From Phyllobates terribilis (Eukaryota): DNA of 64,000 nt. The position numbers and the translations under genes are program-made. The notes beneath the pieces were generated by a model, which worked only from the letters and a program-made list of their open reading frames with translations, searched no databases and was not told where the DNA came from. The DNA lies in assembly GCF_046119375.1 (NCBI RefSeq), contig NW_027362771.1, forward strand, positions 178,436,001-178,500,000, given 5' to 3'. Positions 1-9,040 of the stretch are shown one piece after another (positions within the stretch are counted from its first letter, which is position 1; the number at the start of each line of letters is the position of its first letter).

Positions 1-1743
1 TCCTGCACACCTCCTTACTATGCTGGCAGTAGGGCTCAACGTCATCAGGCGGTTTTTACATTGAAATGTCTGGGAAATGTGAGTCACACAGCTGAGGAGT
101 TGTGGTCAGCTCTGGAGAACCAATTTCATGAATGGTTGTCTCCACTGGACCTGAAACCAGGGAAGGCCGTGTGCGACAATGCTGCAAACCTGGGTGCGGC
201 CCTTCGCCGGGGCAATGTCACACACGTGCCTTGTATGGCTCACGTGTTGAACCTGGTTGTCCAGCAATTTTTAGCCCACTATCCCAGACTAGATGGCCTT
301 CTGCAGAGGGCACGGTCGCTGTGTGCTCACTTCCGCCGTTCGCATCCCGCAGCTCAGCGACTTACATCTCTACAGAAGTCGTTGGGCCTGCCACTTCACC
401 GGCTAAAATGCGATGTGCCTACCCAGTGGAATTCAACTCTGCACATGTTGCAGCGACTGTGGCAGCACCGACAAGCCCTGGTGCAATACGTTCTGACGTA
501 TAGCCTGGGCCAACGAGATCCAGAGGTGGGGCAAATCACGCTGGAGGAGTGGTCTCAGATCAGGGACCTATGCACCCTTCTGCACAGTTTTGAAATGGCG
601 ACGAAGATGTTTAGTGCTGACGATGCCATTATCAGCATGACTATTCCGGTGATTTACATTCTGGAGCACATGTTAAACAGAATTCGGAGTCAGGTGGTGG
701 CACAAGAGGAGGTGGAGGAAGTAGAGGAGGAGGAGTTGTATGCGGAAGGGCTAACATCTGCAAGGTCCAGACGGTCGGCAGCACCAAGGCGGCAGGCATG
801 TGAGGGTGGGGGAGATGGTTTTACCAGGGCGCATGGTAGCAGCCAAACTAGTGAGGAAGGTGCAGGAGCCCAGGAAGAAGTGGAGGACGAACTGATGGAA
901 GACTCATCAGATGAGGGAGACCTTGATCACATTTCTGTTGTGCGAGGTTGGGGGGAGAGGACAGAGGAAGGAAGCATGATTGTTACCTCGCCACCAACAC
1001 AACAGGGACTTGGTGCTCCTGGATGCGCAACACACATGAGTGCCTTCTTGCTGCACTACCTGCAACATGACCCTCGAATTGTGAGAATTAGAAATAATCC
1101 TGACTACTGGGTTGCCACACTGTTAGATCCCCGGTACAAAAGTAAATTTGCAGAAATTATTCCTGCCATAGAAAGGGATGCACGCATGCAGGAGTATCAG
1201 CAGAGACTGTTGCAGAATCTTACATGTGCTTTTCCACAAAATACCAGTGGTGCACGTAGTGAATCTCACAGTTCCAACTTGCCAACCGTGGGACTGTCAA
1301 GTGTTCAGCACTCAAACCGTAACAGAACCACAGTATCTGCTGGTAACATCAATTTTGCGGAATCATTTCACCACTTTTTTAGCCCATCCTTTGCAAGGCC
1401 ACAGGAGACAAGAAGTCTGACACATAGTCAACGCCTAGAGACGATGGTACAGGAGTATCTCCAAGTAAACATTGAAGCCATGACTGTGTCACTGGACCCT
1501 TGCTCTTTTTGGGCTTCCAATCTGGATAAATGGCCGGAGCTAGCCACTTACGCCTTGGAGATCTTGTCATGCCCCGCAGCCAGCGTTCTGTCTGAACGTG
1601 TGTTCAGCGCTGCTGGTGGTGTGCTGACAGATAAGCGCACGCGGCTCTCCACTGATAATGTAGACAGACTCACGTTCATAAAGATGAACAAATCATGGAT
1701 CCGAAACGACTTTTCTACCCCTGTGTCATCCTGGGGAGAGTAA
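1..1743 (+). CDS. hAT-family transposase, 5'-partial, no stop codon in view (about 580 codons)
   Basis: Frame is open from base 1 (SCTPPYYAGSRAQRHQAVFTLKCLG...). Motifs: CDNAAN (second catalytic D), HVPCMAHVLNL (CxxH), CDVPTQWNST, LLDPRYK, acidic insertion, and the C-terminal dimerisation domain WPELATYALEILSCPAASVLSERVFSAAG...KRTRLS (catalytic E). Confidence 0.9.
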   Translation, partial: SCTPPYYAGSRAQRHQAVFTLKCLGNVSHTAEELWSALENQFHEWLSPLDLKPGKAVCDNAANLGAALRRGNVTHVPCMAHVLNLVVQQFLAHYPRLDGLLQRARSLCAHFRRSHPAAQRLTSLQKSLGLPLHRLKCDVPTQWNSTLHMLQRLWQHRQALVQYVLTYSLGQRDPEVGQITLEEWSQIRDLCTLLHSFEMATKMFSADDAIISMTIPVIYILEHMLNRIRSQVVAQEEVEEVEEEELYAEGLTSARSRRSAAPRRQACEGGGDGFTRAHGSSQTSEEGAGAQEEVEDELMEDSSDEGDLDHISVVRGWGERTEEGSMIVTSPPTQQGLGAPGCATHMSAFLLHYLQHDPRIVRIRNNPDYWVATLLDPRYKSKFAEIIPAIERDARMQEYQQRLLQNLTCAFPQNTSGARSESHSSNLPTVGLSSVQHSNRNRTTVSAGNINFAESFHHFFSPSFARPQETRSLTHSQRLETMVQEYLQVNIEAMTVSLDPCSFWASNLDKWPELATYALEILSCPAASVLSERVFSAAGGVLTDKRTRLSTDNVDRLTFIKMNKSWIRNDFSTPVSSWGE

Positions 1744-1944
1744 AAGCTTGATGATTGTTTAAAATCACCCTACCAACCGTTTTAAGCTTTCAAATTACTA
1801 ATCATGTTTATCTGTATCTTGACTGGAAAATAATTTGGGCTTTGTAGCAGTGTGCAGCACTGATCCTATTAGGCCATCTATACTAAAGCTTCACCAGATT
1901 TAAAATTAATAATAATTTTTAGCTGCATCTAGCCCGGAAAATAA

Positions 1945-3498
1945 TTTTGGGGCTCCGAGATGCGCAAGACACATAAGTGCCTTCTTGCTGCACTACCTGC
2001 AGCATGACCCTCATATTGTCAGAATTCGAAGTAATCATGACTACTGGGTTGCCACACTCTTAGATCCCCCAAACTTTTCGATCAACCTTTTCATTTTAAT
2101 AAAGACCAAAAAAATGGTCATTTTTGAAATTATAAGCATTAGCAGGTTGTTAGAAACTGAAATCAAACAGTTTTCAACTCAAAACTTTATTCTAGGTGAT
2201 GTTACATTTTCACATAGGACCCCTTGTTCGAAAGGAGCTTCTGAACTCTCTCGTCCATTGAATTTGTCAGGTTTTGGATGGTTTCTGCTTCAATTGTTTT
2301 GCATGAGGACAGAATACCCTCCCAGAGCTGTTGCTTAGATGTGAACTGCCTCCCGCCATCATAGACACTCCTTTTAATGATGCTCCAAAGGTTCTGAATG
2401 GGGTAGAGGTCAGGGGAGCATGGGGGTCACACCATAAGTGTGTCCCCTTTTATGCCCATATCAGCCAGAGATGCAGATGTTTTATGTGCAGCATGAGATG
2501 GTGCATTATCATGCAAAAAAATGATCTTGCTGTGAAATACATGGTTCTTCTTCTTGAACCATGGCAGGAAGTGCTGTTTGAGAAAATCCACATACATTAT
2601 GGAGTTCATCTTTAGCGCCTTCAGGGATCCTAAAGGGGCCGACAATCTCTCTCCCCATGATTCCAGCCCAAAACATTACTCCACCTCCTCCTTGTTGGCG
2701 CTGTAGCCGTGTTTGCGTGGGGTGTCCATCAACCAGCCATCCTCCACTCCATCCATCTGGACCATTGAGCGCTGCACGGCACTCATCCGTGAACAAAACA
2801 GTTTTGAAATCAGTCTTCATGTAATGTTTGGCCCACTGGAGCCGTTTCTGCTTGTGTGAAGTGGATAGAGGAGGTCGACAGGATGGCGTATGCACAGCTG
2901 CAAACCTCTGAAGGACCCTGCATCTTGTTGTTCGGGGGACGTTGGAGGCACCAGCAGCTTCAAAAACTTGTCTGCTGCTATGACAAGGCTTTTTTGCCGC
3001 TGCTCTTTCAACCTGACGTAATTGCCTGTAGGAAAGAGTCCTCAATTTGCCCTTATCAGCACGCACACGTGTGTACTGTGAATCAGCTACATACTTCTTG
3101 ATTGCCAAGACACTTCATCCTGATCATCGCACAATGTTGATTGTAGTCATGCCTTGACCTAAACACTCCACAATTTGTTGCTTCTCAGCAGCCGACACAT
3201 CCTTTTTCTTTCCCATTTTGGCAGAAAATGTAGGCTGCTTAATAATGTGAGACAGCCTTCTTAAGTAGTCTTGCCTTTCATTGGACACACCTGCCAAACT
3301 ATTTAGCACAGGTGTCTGCAATTGCTTACAGTGATATAAAGAGCCCTGACACACATCACCATCAATGAGTTTAACTGACAAACAAACAAATTCTTCCCTT
3401 ATCACTCCTAAACACTTTTTGCATAATAATTTGGAACACAGTGTACATGTGCTTTTCCACAAAACACCAGTGGTTCACGTAGTGAATCTTACAGTTCT
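1945..3498 (+). repeat. Partial duplication of hAT1 transposase sequence (1945-2069 and 3446-3498), split by a TRT element
   Basis: 1965-2069 matches about 1025-1130 (AGTGCCTTCTTGCTGCACTACCTGCA...GGGTTGCCACACT). 3446-3498 matches about 1224-1277 (CATGTGCTTTTCCACAAAA.ACCAGTGGT.CACGTAGTGAATCT). Confidence 0.8.
2070..3443 (-). mobile_element. Tc1-superfamily TRT-type (DD37E) transposon, decayed; left TIR truncated
   Basis: Transposase fragments from ATG at 3216 (MGKKKDVSAAEK) to stop at 2202. Motifs LFTDECRAALNGPDGW, QGGGGVMFWAGI, FLHDNAPSH...PPCSPDLYPIQ, with 37 residues between D and the E position (E mutated to Q, W to stop). Right end ...TTTGGAACACAGTG followed by TA. Confidence 0.85.
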
Positions 3499-3499
3499 A

Positions 3500-5195
3500 A
3501 CTGTCTGTATGGAGTTGTTCAATAAAGGGCCCAAAATTAAGATAACATAGATGGGAGAGGTCTCTATGAATAGGAATTCCTAAGTATTTGATACCCTGTG
3601 AGGGCCAGGCAAAGGGAAAGTTGGACTGAATGGAATCCTATATGGATTTGGGGAGGGAGACACCGAGGGCCTCAGACTTCGCTGCATTGATTTTAAAATT
3701 TGACCATGTAACAAAGTGATCTATTTCAGCCATAACAGCATGGATGGATATATGTGATTGAGTGATATATACTTGGACATCATCAGCAAATAGAGAGCAC
3801 TTGTACTCGGTGCCTCCCACCTCAATCCACCTAATATTGGGGTTATGGCGAATTGATGAGAGCAGGTGCTCCGTCACTAGGATGTATAAGAGAGGGGACA
3901 GAGAACATCCCTGCCTTGTCCCATTGGTGATTGTGAAAGGTGATGAAAATGTTCTGACGCGCCCCCTGGGCCTTGGGACACCCGGAGCCGGACCCTTTTT
4001 GGTGGATGCTGGTGGTTGTAGTCTCCGTGGCAGCGACCCGGTTCCGTGGCTCAGGGCGGTCAAACCAGTGGCGGAACTATTTATGTGGTTTTGATGTTTA
4101 AATGTCCGACTACGCCACCCGTGGATTGCGGTCAGAGTGAACCGCCGCTCCAGGGCAGACCGCTGAGGCTGGTGTTGTGGGTGCAGCAGAGCGTAGCATA
4201 ACTCCCCACGGGAGGAGTATAGCCTCAGGGCAGTGTATGCGGAGGATGGGGGTGATGGTGCAGGGCAGCAGCAGTAACGACACGGAGTCAGTGATGCAGT
4301 CCAGGGCCTTTACTCACAGTTCTTATTATCCAGACCACGTCTGCAGGTAACGGCTGCCCACGTCGTACTGTGCTCACCAGGTGAGGGGCTCAGACAACTC
4401 CCAGATAACTTTGGAGCGCTTCACAGGACCCCCTTTGTGTGTCCTTTGTCTGGCCTTTCTTACCAACCCTTCTGTCCGGCTGCCTCGGGCCTCCTCTTGG
4501 TAAACTTGGCGCCAGTTTCCCTGACCCTATGTGGTGCCTTCCTAGCGGGTGTAGCGAGGGGCTGCGCCACATAAAATGTCACAGCCTCCTGTTTCTAGCT
4601 GAGGGTCGTTTCCTGCCTCCACTAGTTTCGGGGACCGGTCTCCCCCTTTGGCCTGACCCCTCCACGCAGGTGGATTCGGGAGTGCGGTGGCGACTCGCCC
4701 GTCCGCACCCCTGGGATCCCTTCGTTCCTCGTTCCTGGAGCCTTCTCCGCTCCTCTTCCTTCCTTCTCCCTCTTCCAGGCATGGGCCTCTGTTACTTGGC
4801 CCGCCTCCGGAGCAGAGCTCATGCAGAGCCCCTGCTCCCTGCCACTTCTGCTCAGACTTCTCTGCACTGAACTAAGATGGTGCCCACCTTTTATACTCCC
4901 TTCTCAATGCACCCAGGAACTGCTTCCTCCCTGCTCCTGCACTACAGGCTTCCCCTTCCTCAGTGTTCCCTACCCCCACTCCAGCCAGGGACAGGGACTG
5001 TCGTGCCCATCTCAGGGGCATATTGGTCGCCCTGCCCCACGGCAATGTGGTGTAATGCATGCAGGTGTCGGGTCCTGATCCACACTACATCCTTACCTGA
5101 GAGTGAGATATCACACCTCTGGGTGAGGTGCAATACCTCTGTAGCAACCGAGCCCTCAGGGTGCTACAGTTCCATTTATCTTCAGCCTAGGTGAC
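3500..5195 (-). mobile_element. L1-clade non-LTR retrotransposon RT fragment, interrupted by a solo LTR
   Basis: Translation ...PRLKINGT|FSSPFTITNGTRQGCSLSPLL...SLFADDVQVY...KINAAKSEALG...KYLGI matches RT domain motifs and reads across the LTR once it is removed. Confidence 0.85.
3955..5168 (-). mobile_element. Solo Gypsy LTR related to the LTR at 7685-8726
   Basis: TGACGCGCCC...GGGTGCTACA termini. Perfect 4-bp TSD GTTC at 3951-3954 and 5169-5172. The first 300 bp or so align with 7685-7950. Confidence 0.9.
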
Positions 5196-5582
5196 GTATT
5201 GCGATACAGGGCCGTGATTTTGGCTATAAAAGGGTCCCCTAGACCCCTACCCCAAGCTTTTTAAGAGAATCATATATGGCGTGCCAGGAGACTCTATGGA
5301 ATGCTTTCTCAGCATCCAACGAGAGTATCTAATTACAAATTTTTAACTGCATCTAGCCCAGGAAATACTTTGTGCCTAGTAGCAGTGTCTGCTAGTCAGC
5401 GGATTATCCCGGCTGTTAAGCAAGCTACACCACCTGTAGTTTGGACACTTAATTTTTTCAAAGGAAATGCTTCGGGACCACGGGATACTCAGTGAAGAGC
5501 ATCAGGAGGCACCCCAAGGCATAGGGGCTGGGACTGGCAGTAGGATGCCTTGCGGTGGACAGCCGAGCTCGATCCTTATAAA

Positions 5583-5704
5583 AGCTTTTTAACTGCAGCA
5601 GCTTTAGTGGACGCTACTGGAGCTGGAATTACGCGGTTGCTGGCATGAGACTTGCCCTCCAATAGATCCTTGTAAATGGATTTAAAGTGTATTCATTCAA
5701 ATTA
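5583..5704 (-). rRNA. 18S rRNA-derived fragment (about 122 bp, helix 18 region); not a functional rRNA gene
   Basis: The + strand AGCTTTTTAACTGCAGCAGCTTTAG...GGAGCTGGAATTACGCGGTTGCTGGCATGAGACTTGCCCTCCAATAGATCC...GGATTTAAAGTG is the reverse complement of the conserved vertebrate 18S segment containing GTGCCAGCAGCCGCGGTAATTCCAGCTCC. About 16 differences in about 122 nt against the 18S sequence as I recall it. Confidence 0.92.
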
Positions 5705-6242
5705 GAGAGACAATTTAAATTAAAAAGCTTAGAGCTGCCTCCACCACAGGGGGGCTCACTCGACCCACCAGCGGACAGGCACCAGTATTGGGAGAGGGGG
5801 GCTGGCCGTCAGGGTTCACCGCGGCTCTGGCACAAACCCGGCGATGCGGAGGTGGCACGGGCAGGAGCGGACTGAACGTGTCGGCTTCTCACTTTTTGGA
5901 TTTTAGAAGGGCATGACATGCCTATATCTGTGTCTCCCCCTCCTTTTACTCCTCCACCTCTTTTCTTTTCGCATGACTATATGTACTTGTCACTTTTCCA
6001 TGTGTTAGTTGTGTCTTCTGAGCAGTTTGTCAGCTTTTGGACACCTTTGAAGGTGTTTTCTATGTGTTTCTATGTGTTTTTGTTTGCCTGCCATTGGTTT
6101 TAACGGTGTTCGAAGGTGTTCGACGAACAGTTCGACGAACAGTTCGGCGAACACACGGGTGTTCGACGAACCGAACCGAACTCGAACACTACGGGGGTGG
6201 CTCAACACTACTTATTACGCCAATTGTAAGGGCCTGGTGATC

Positions 6243-7235
6243 TTATGCCTGGGGGTTGGCCCTCTGCCCCAGGTTGGACCCGTTTAAATTACAGTACCTG
6301 GAAATGTGTCCGGGCTGGTGGCATCGACGGCAAATGGGCTGTCCATCCTCTGCGTAGCGGTCTGTGGGCCTCCCTCGGAACGACGGGATCCTCCTCTATC
6401 GACGCCACGGGACATTCTCCAGACTTGAAGCCGGCTCGATGGGTCTTGACGGGTCCACTTGCAACGCCTGGACGGTCCTGGTCAACGCCGCGACGCTCCT
6501 GGTCAGCTCCTGGACTTGGTGGTGCATATCTTTCGACGGGGCTTGGTTCAGGGCTTGTGCATCAGCCCCCACGGGGTCCATAGAGGAGGGCGTCCCCTCC
6601 TGGTGGTAGGTGAGAGCAGGGCGCCGGGGGTTTATAGCGCCACTGGTTGCAGATTCACGGAGCACCCTTATGGCCCTGTCCTTAAATTGGGCAAAGGTCA
6701 GGTCGGGGTTCTGAAAGAACATGAGGCGCAGCTGGGCCCTGTGGGCGCTGGACAGCATACCTTCTATGAATTGTTCTGTTAGCAGTTTATCCGTTTCCTG
6801 CACACTGCCAGGGTCAGTTTGTTGAATAGCCCTCAAGGCTTCCTGCAGATTTAGGGCATAGTCTCTGATGCTGTCCTGTGCCCGCTGCTTACATCCATAG
6901 AACCTCATTTTAATCTCAGCGGAGGTACGTGTGTCAAAGGTACCCCGCAGCCGGGCCAGAATACCCTTCACAGTCCTTTTCTCCTCAGTGGGCCATGATT
7001 TTACCTCCCTTTGGGCTGCGCCAGTTAACTGCCCCGTTAGTATGCTGACCTTCTGTTCCTCTGTCAGGGGGTAAACCTGGAACAAACTGTATAGCCTTTC
7101 CTTAAAGTCAGTTAGGGCATGGGGCTCCTCTGAGTACTTGGGCAGCCAGGCCGCTCCAGGGATGTAGGGCAGGGAAAAGGGCATCACCGCTGCTGCAGCT
7201 GCATTGGTGGTAGTGGGGGCCTCTGTGTCCGACAT
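6243..7235 (-). pseudogene. gag: Gypsy Gag with one in-frame nonsense codon (TAG at 6396-6398)
   Basis: MSDTEAP...LPKYSEEP...F..R...LTGAAQREV...KQRAQDSIRDY...LLTEQFIEGM (capsid). The frame continues past the TAG as RRIPSFRGRPTDRYAEDGQPICRRCHQPGHISRYC (CCHC knuckle) to a stop at 6243. Confidence 0.88.
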
Positions 7236-7661
7236 CTTCCTCCCCCCTAGTCAAGCGTGGCCTACCTTCCGACGATCCTCTTCTGTAGGCCGCGGCTCCG
7301 CTGCTGCTGCTATGGACGAGGACCTGGCGTCGCGTTCTGATGACGTCAGCGCCGCTCTCTCTCCCTTCCAGGACCTTGCGCAGCGTCGGTGCGTGGGGTG
7401 GAGCTTTGGGTCTCGCGCGCTTTCGGCGTCCACGCCCCTCTTCTTCCCGCGCGGCGTCCTGAAGATGGCGTCCGATGGCGGGAAACAGCTGCGGATGGCG
7501 GGAAGACGGCAGAAGACGGCGGGAAACGGTCCAAGATGGCGTCTGATGGCGGGAATCGGCTCCGGATGGCGGGAAACGACTTCGGACGGCGGGAAACTTC
7601 GCCACAAGTAAGTTACAAAAGTCTTTTTCAGGCACGCAGTACCCGGTGGTTGCGGGCACGA

Positions 7662-7680
7662 AATCCTGCCGACTACGCCA
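7662..7680 (-). promoter_or_regulatory. Primer binding site complementary to the 3' end of tRNA-Ser
   Basis: The + strand AATCCTGCCGACTACGCCA equals the 3' 19 nt, including CCA, of vertebrate tRNA-Ser(AGA/TGA) as I recall it. It lies 4 nt from the LTR edge. Confidence 0.88.
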
Positions 7681-7684
7681 AAGC

Positions 7685-8726
7685 TGACTCACCCACTGGG
7701 CCGTGGGGCACTCGGATCCGGGCAATAGGGAACGATGGGGGTAGTAGTGGCAACCCGGTTCCGTGGCTCAGGGTGGTCAGGCCAGTGGTAGTCCGTTATG
7801 TGCTATTGATTATGTCCGACTACGCCACCCGTGGATTTGCGGTCATTAGGAACCGCCGCTGCAAGGCAGACCGCTGGGGCTGATGATGTATGCAGCTGGG
7901 ATGGTGTGACTCCCCACGGGAAGAGTGCGGCCCCAGGGCAGTGTAGTGGATGTTGGGAGTGATGGTAGTGAGAGTCCCAGTGCTGATAGTGCTGGAGGAG
8001 CAAGGATCACGCAGACAACAGGTTGCAGTCCAGGGTCTTTACTAGAACAGGTAAACTGACCCATAAACAGTCCCAGCTAGGAGGGGACCTGGATGTCTGA
8101 GAGCAACGGGGAAATTGGCCCTGGTCAGGGTGAGGGTGTAGGCCTACCGTGCTTTCTGTGCTCCTTCTGGCTATCTCCTCGTTATAGGGTAACAGCCCAC
8201 GTTTCCGAGCTTTCCGTGTATTCTCGCCTGTATGGCCTGCGACGTGGGTTCCTTTCTGCTCCCAGCCTTGTACGGCTTTACTGATCCCTTCTGTTGTGGC
8301 AGGGCCTCCAGGCTTCTTAGGCCAAGGAATATAGAGTCCCCTGCGAACTGGTTATCTGCTGGAGAATGTGGAATCCTTCCAGCCTCAGACACCAAAGTCT
8401 GGTAAATTAAGTTCTTTCTCTGCCAAGACAGGCTCTCTTCGTCTCTTGTCTCTGGCTTGTGGCTCTTCTCCTGCCACACTTCCTCTTAGGGTGCAATACA
8501 ACTTTCTGTCCCTGCTCTGCTCTGGGACAAGTCTCAGTCCTGAGACAGGCCATCAAGTTCTCCCTAACCCTGCCCCCAGCACCAGCTTTTATAGGGGCAG
8601 CCTGCTCCCCCTACTGGCCTGAGACAGGAGGTACTGCATGCTAATGTTCCCCTGACTAGAGAACCTCCCCCTTGCTCTCAGACACAGCTTTAATACATTT
8701 TGTGGCATCCAGGCCAGGGTGACACA
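7685..8726 (-). repeat. 5' LTR of Gypsy element 1
   Basis: TGACTCACCC...CCAGGGTGACACA termini, adjacent to the PBS. Sense-strand TATA-like TATAAAA near 8590-8596. Confidence 0.82.
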
Positions 8727-9040
8727 TAATTACATTGAGGTTAAATTGCCGACGCTGTTTTTTATACTAAAGAAAGATCCTAATGTTTTGGGGTTTTTTT
8801 ACGTTATTTTTTAAGACAAATGCATTCACCGGGAAATGTCATTTTAACATTTTACAACCTTATCTGGCAATGTTGTGTGTGACACATCATCAGACACATC
8901 CTGTTTTATTTATGATGGAGGGACTCTGAAAGTCATAAAGCCTATTTTTATAGGGCCATCAAACTGCCTTTACTATTCTTAAAAGGCCAGCAGTCGGCCC
9001 TCGCTATTGTTAGAGAGCCATCAGCCGGCTATGCTTTGTT

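Larger units (their letters stand above)
1..6210 (+). mobile_element. hAT DNA transposon (hAT1); left end outside the window; contains nested insertions
   Basis: hAT transposase ORF at 1-1743. Right terminus ...GGCTCAACACTA at 6210 (reverse complement TAGTGTTGAGCC), preceded by clustered CGAAC/GTTCG subterminal repeats (6105-6190). The same terminus flanks the MITE at 44796-45095, which has an 8-bp TSD. Confidence 0.85.
6211..8726 (-). mobile_element. Gypsy LTR retrotransposon 1: 5' LTR, tRNA-Ser PBS and gag; cut at the start of pol by hAT1
   Basis: Contains LTR 7685-8726 (TG...CA), PBS 7662-7680, a GC-rich leader with GATGGCGGGAA repeats, gag with a zinc knuckle and a -1 heptamer. The sequence stops abruptly at the hAT1 terminus. 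Confidence 0.88.

Noticed and set aside
5583-5704. Functional rDNA unit
   Set aside because: Only about 122 bp, with substitutions in invariant positions and no flanking 18S, ITS or 28S. Kept as a fragment.
7662-7680. tRNA-Ser gene
   Set aside because: Only the 3' 19 nt including CCA match, next to an LTR. This is a PBS, not a tRNA gene.
7108-7883. Overlapping Arg/Pro-rich ORFs upstream of gag
   Set aside because: GC-rich tandem leader repeats and LTR sequence. They cross the PBS/LTR boundary and have no domain motifs.
8727-8805. Gypsy 1 inserted inside hAT2 (a fifth nesting level)
   Set aside because: 8727-8800 does not align with the matching part of hAT3, so a simple deletion of the hAT2 left end is equally likely. 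It cannot be decided within the window.
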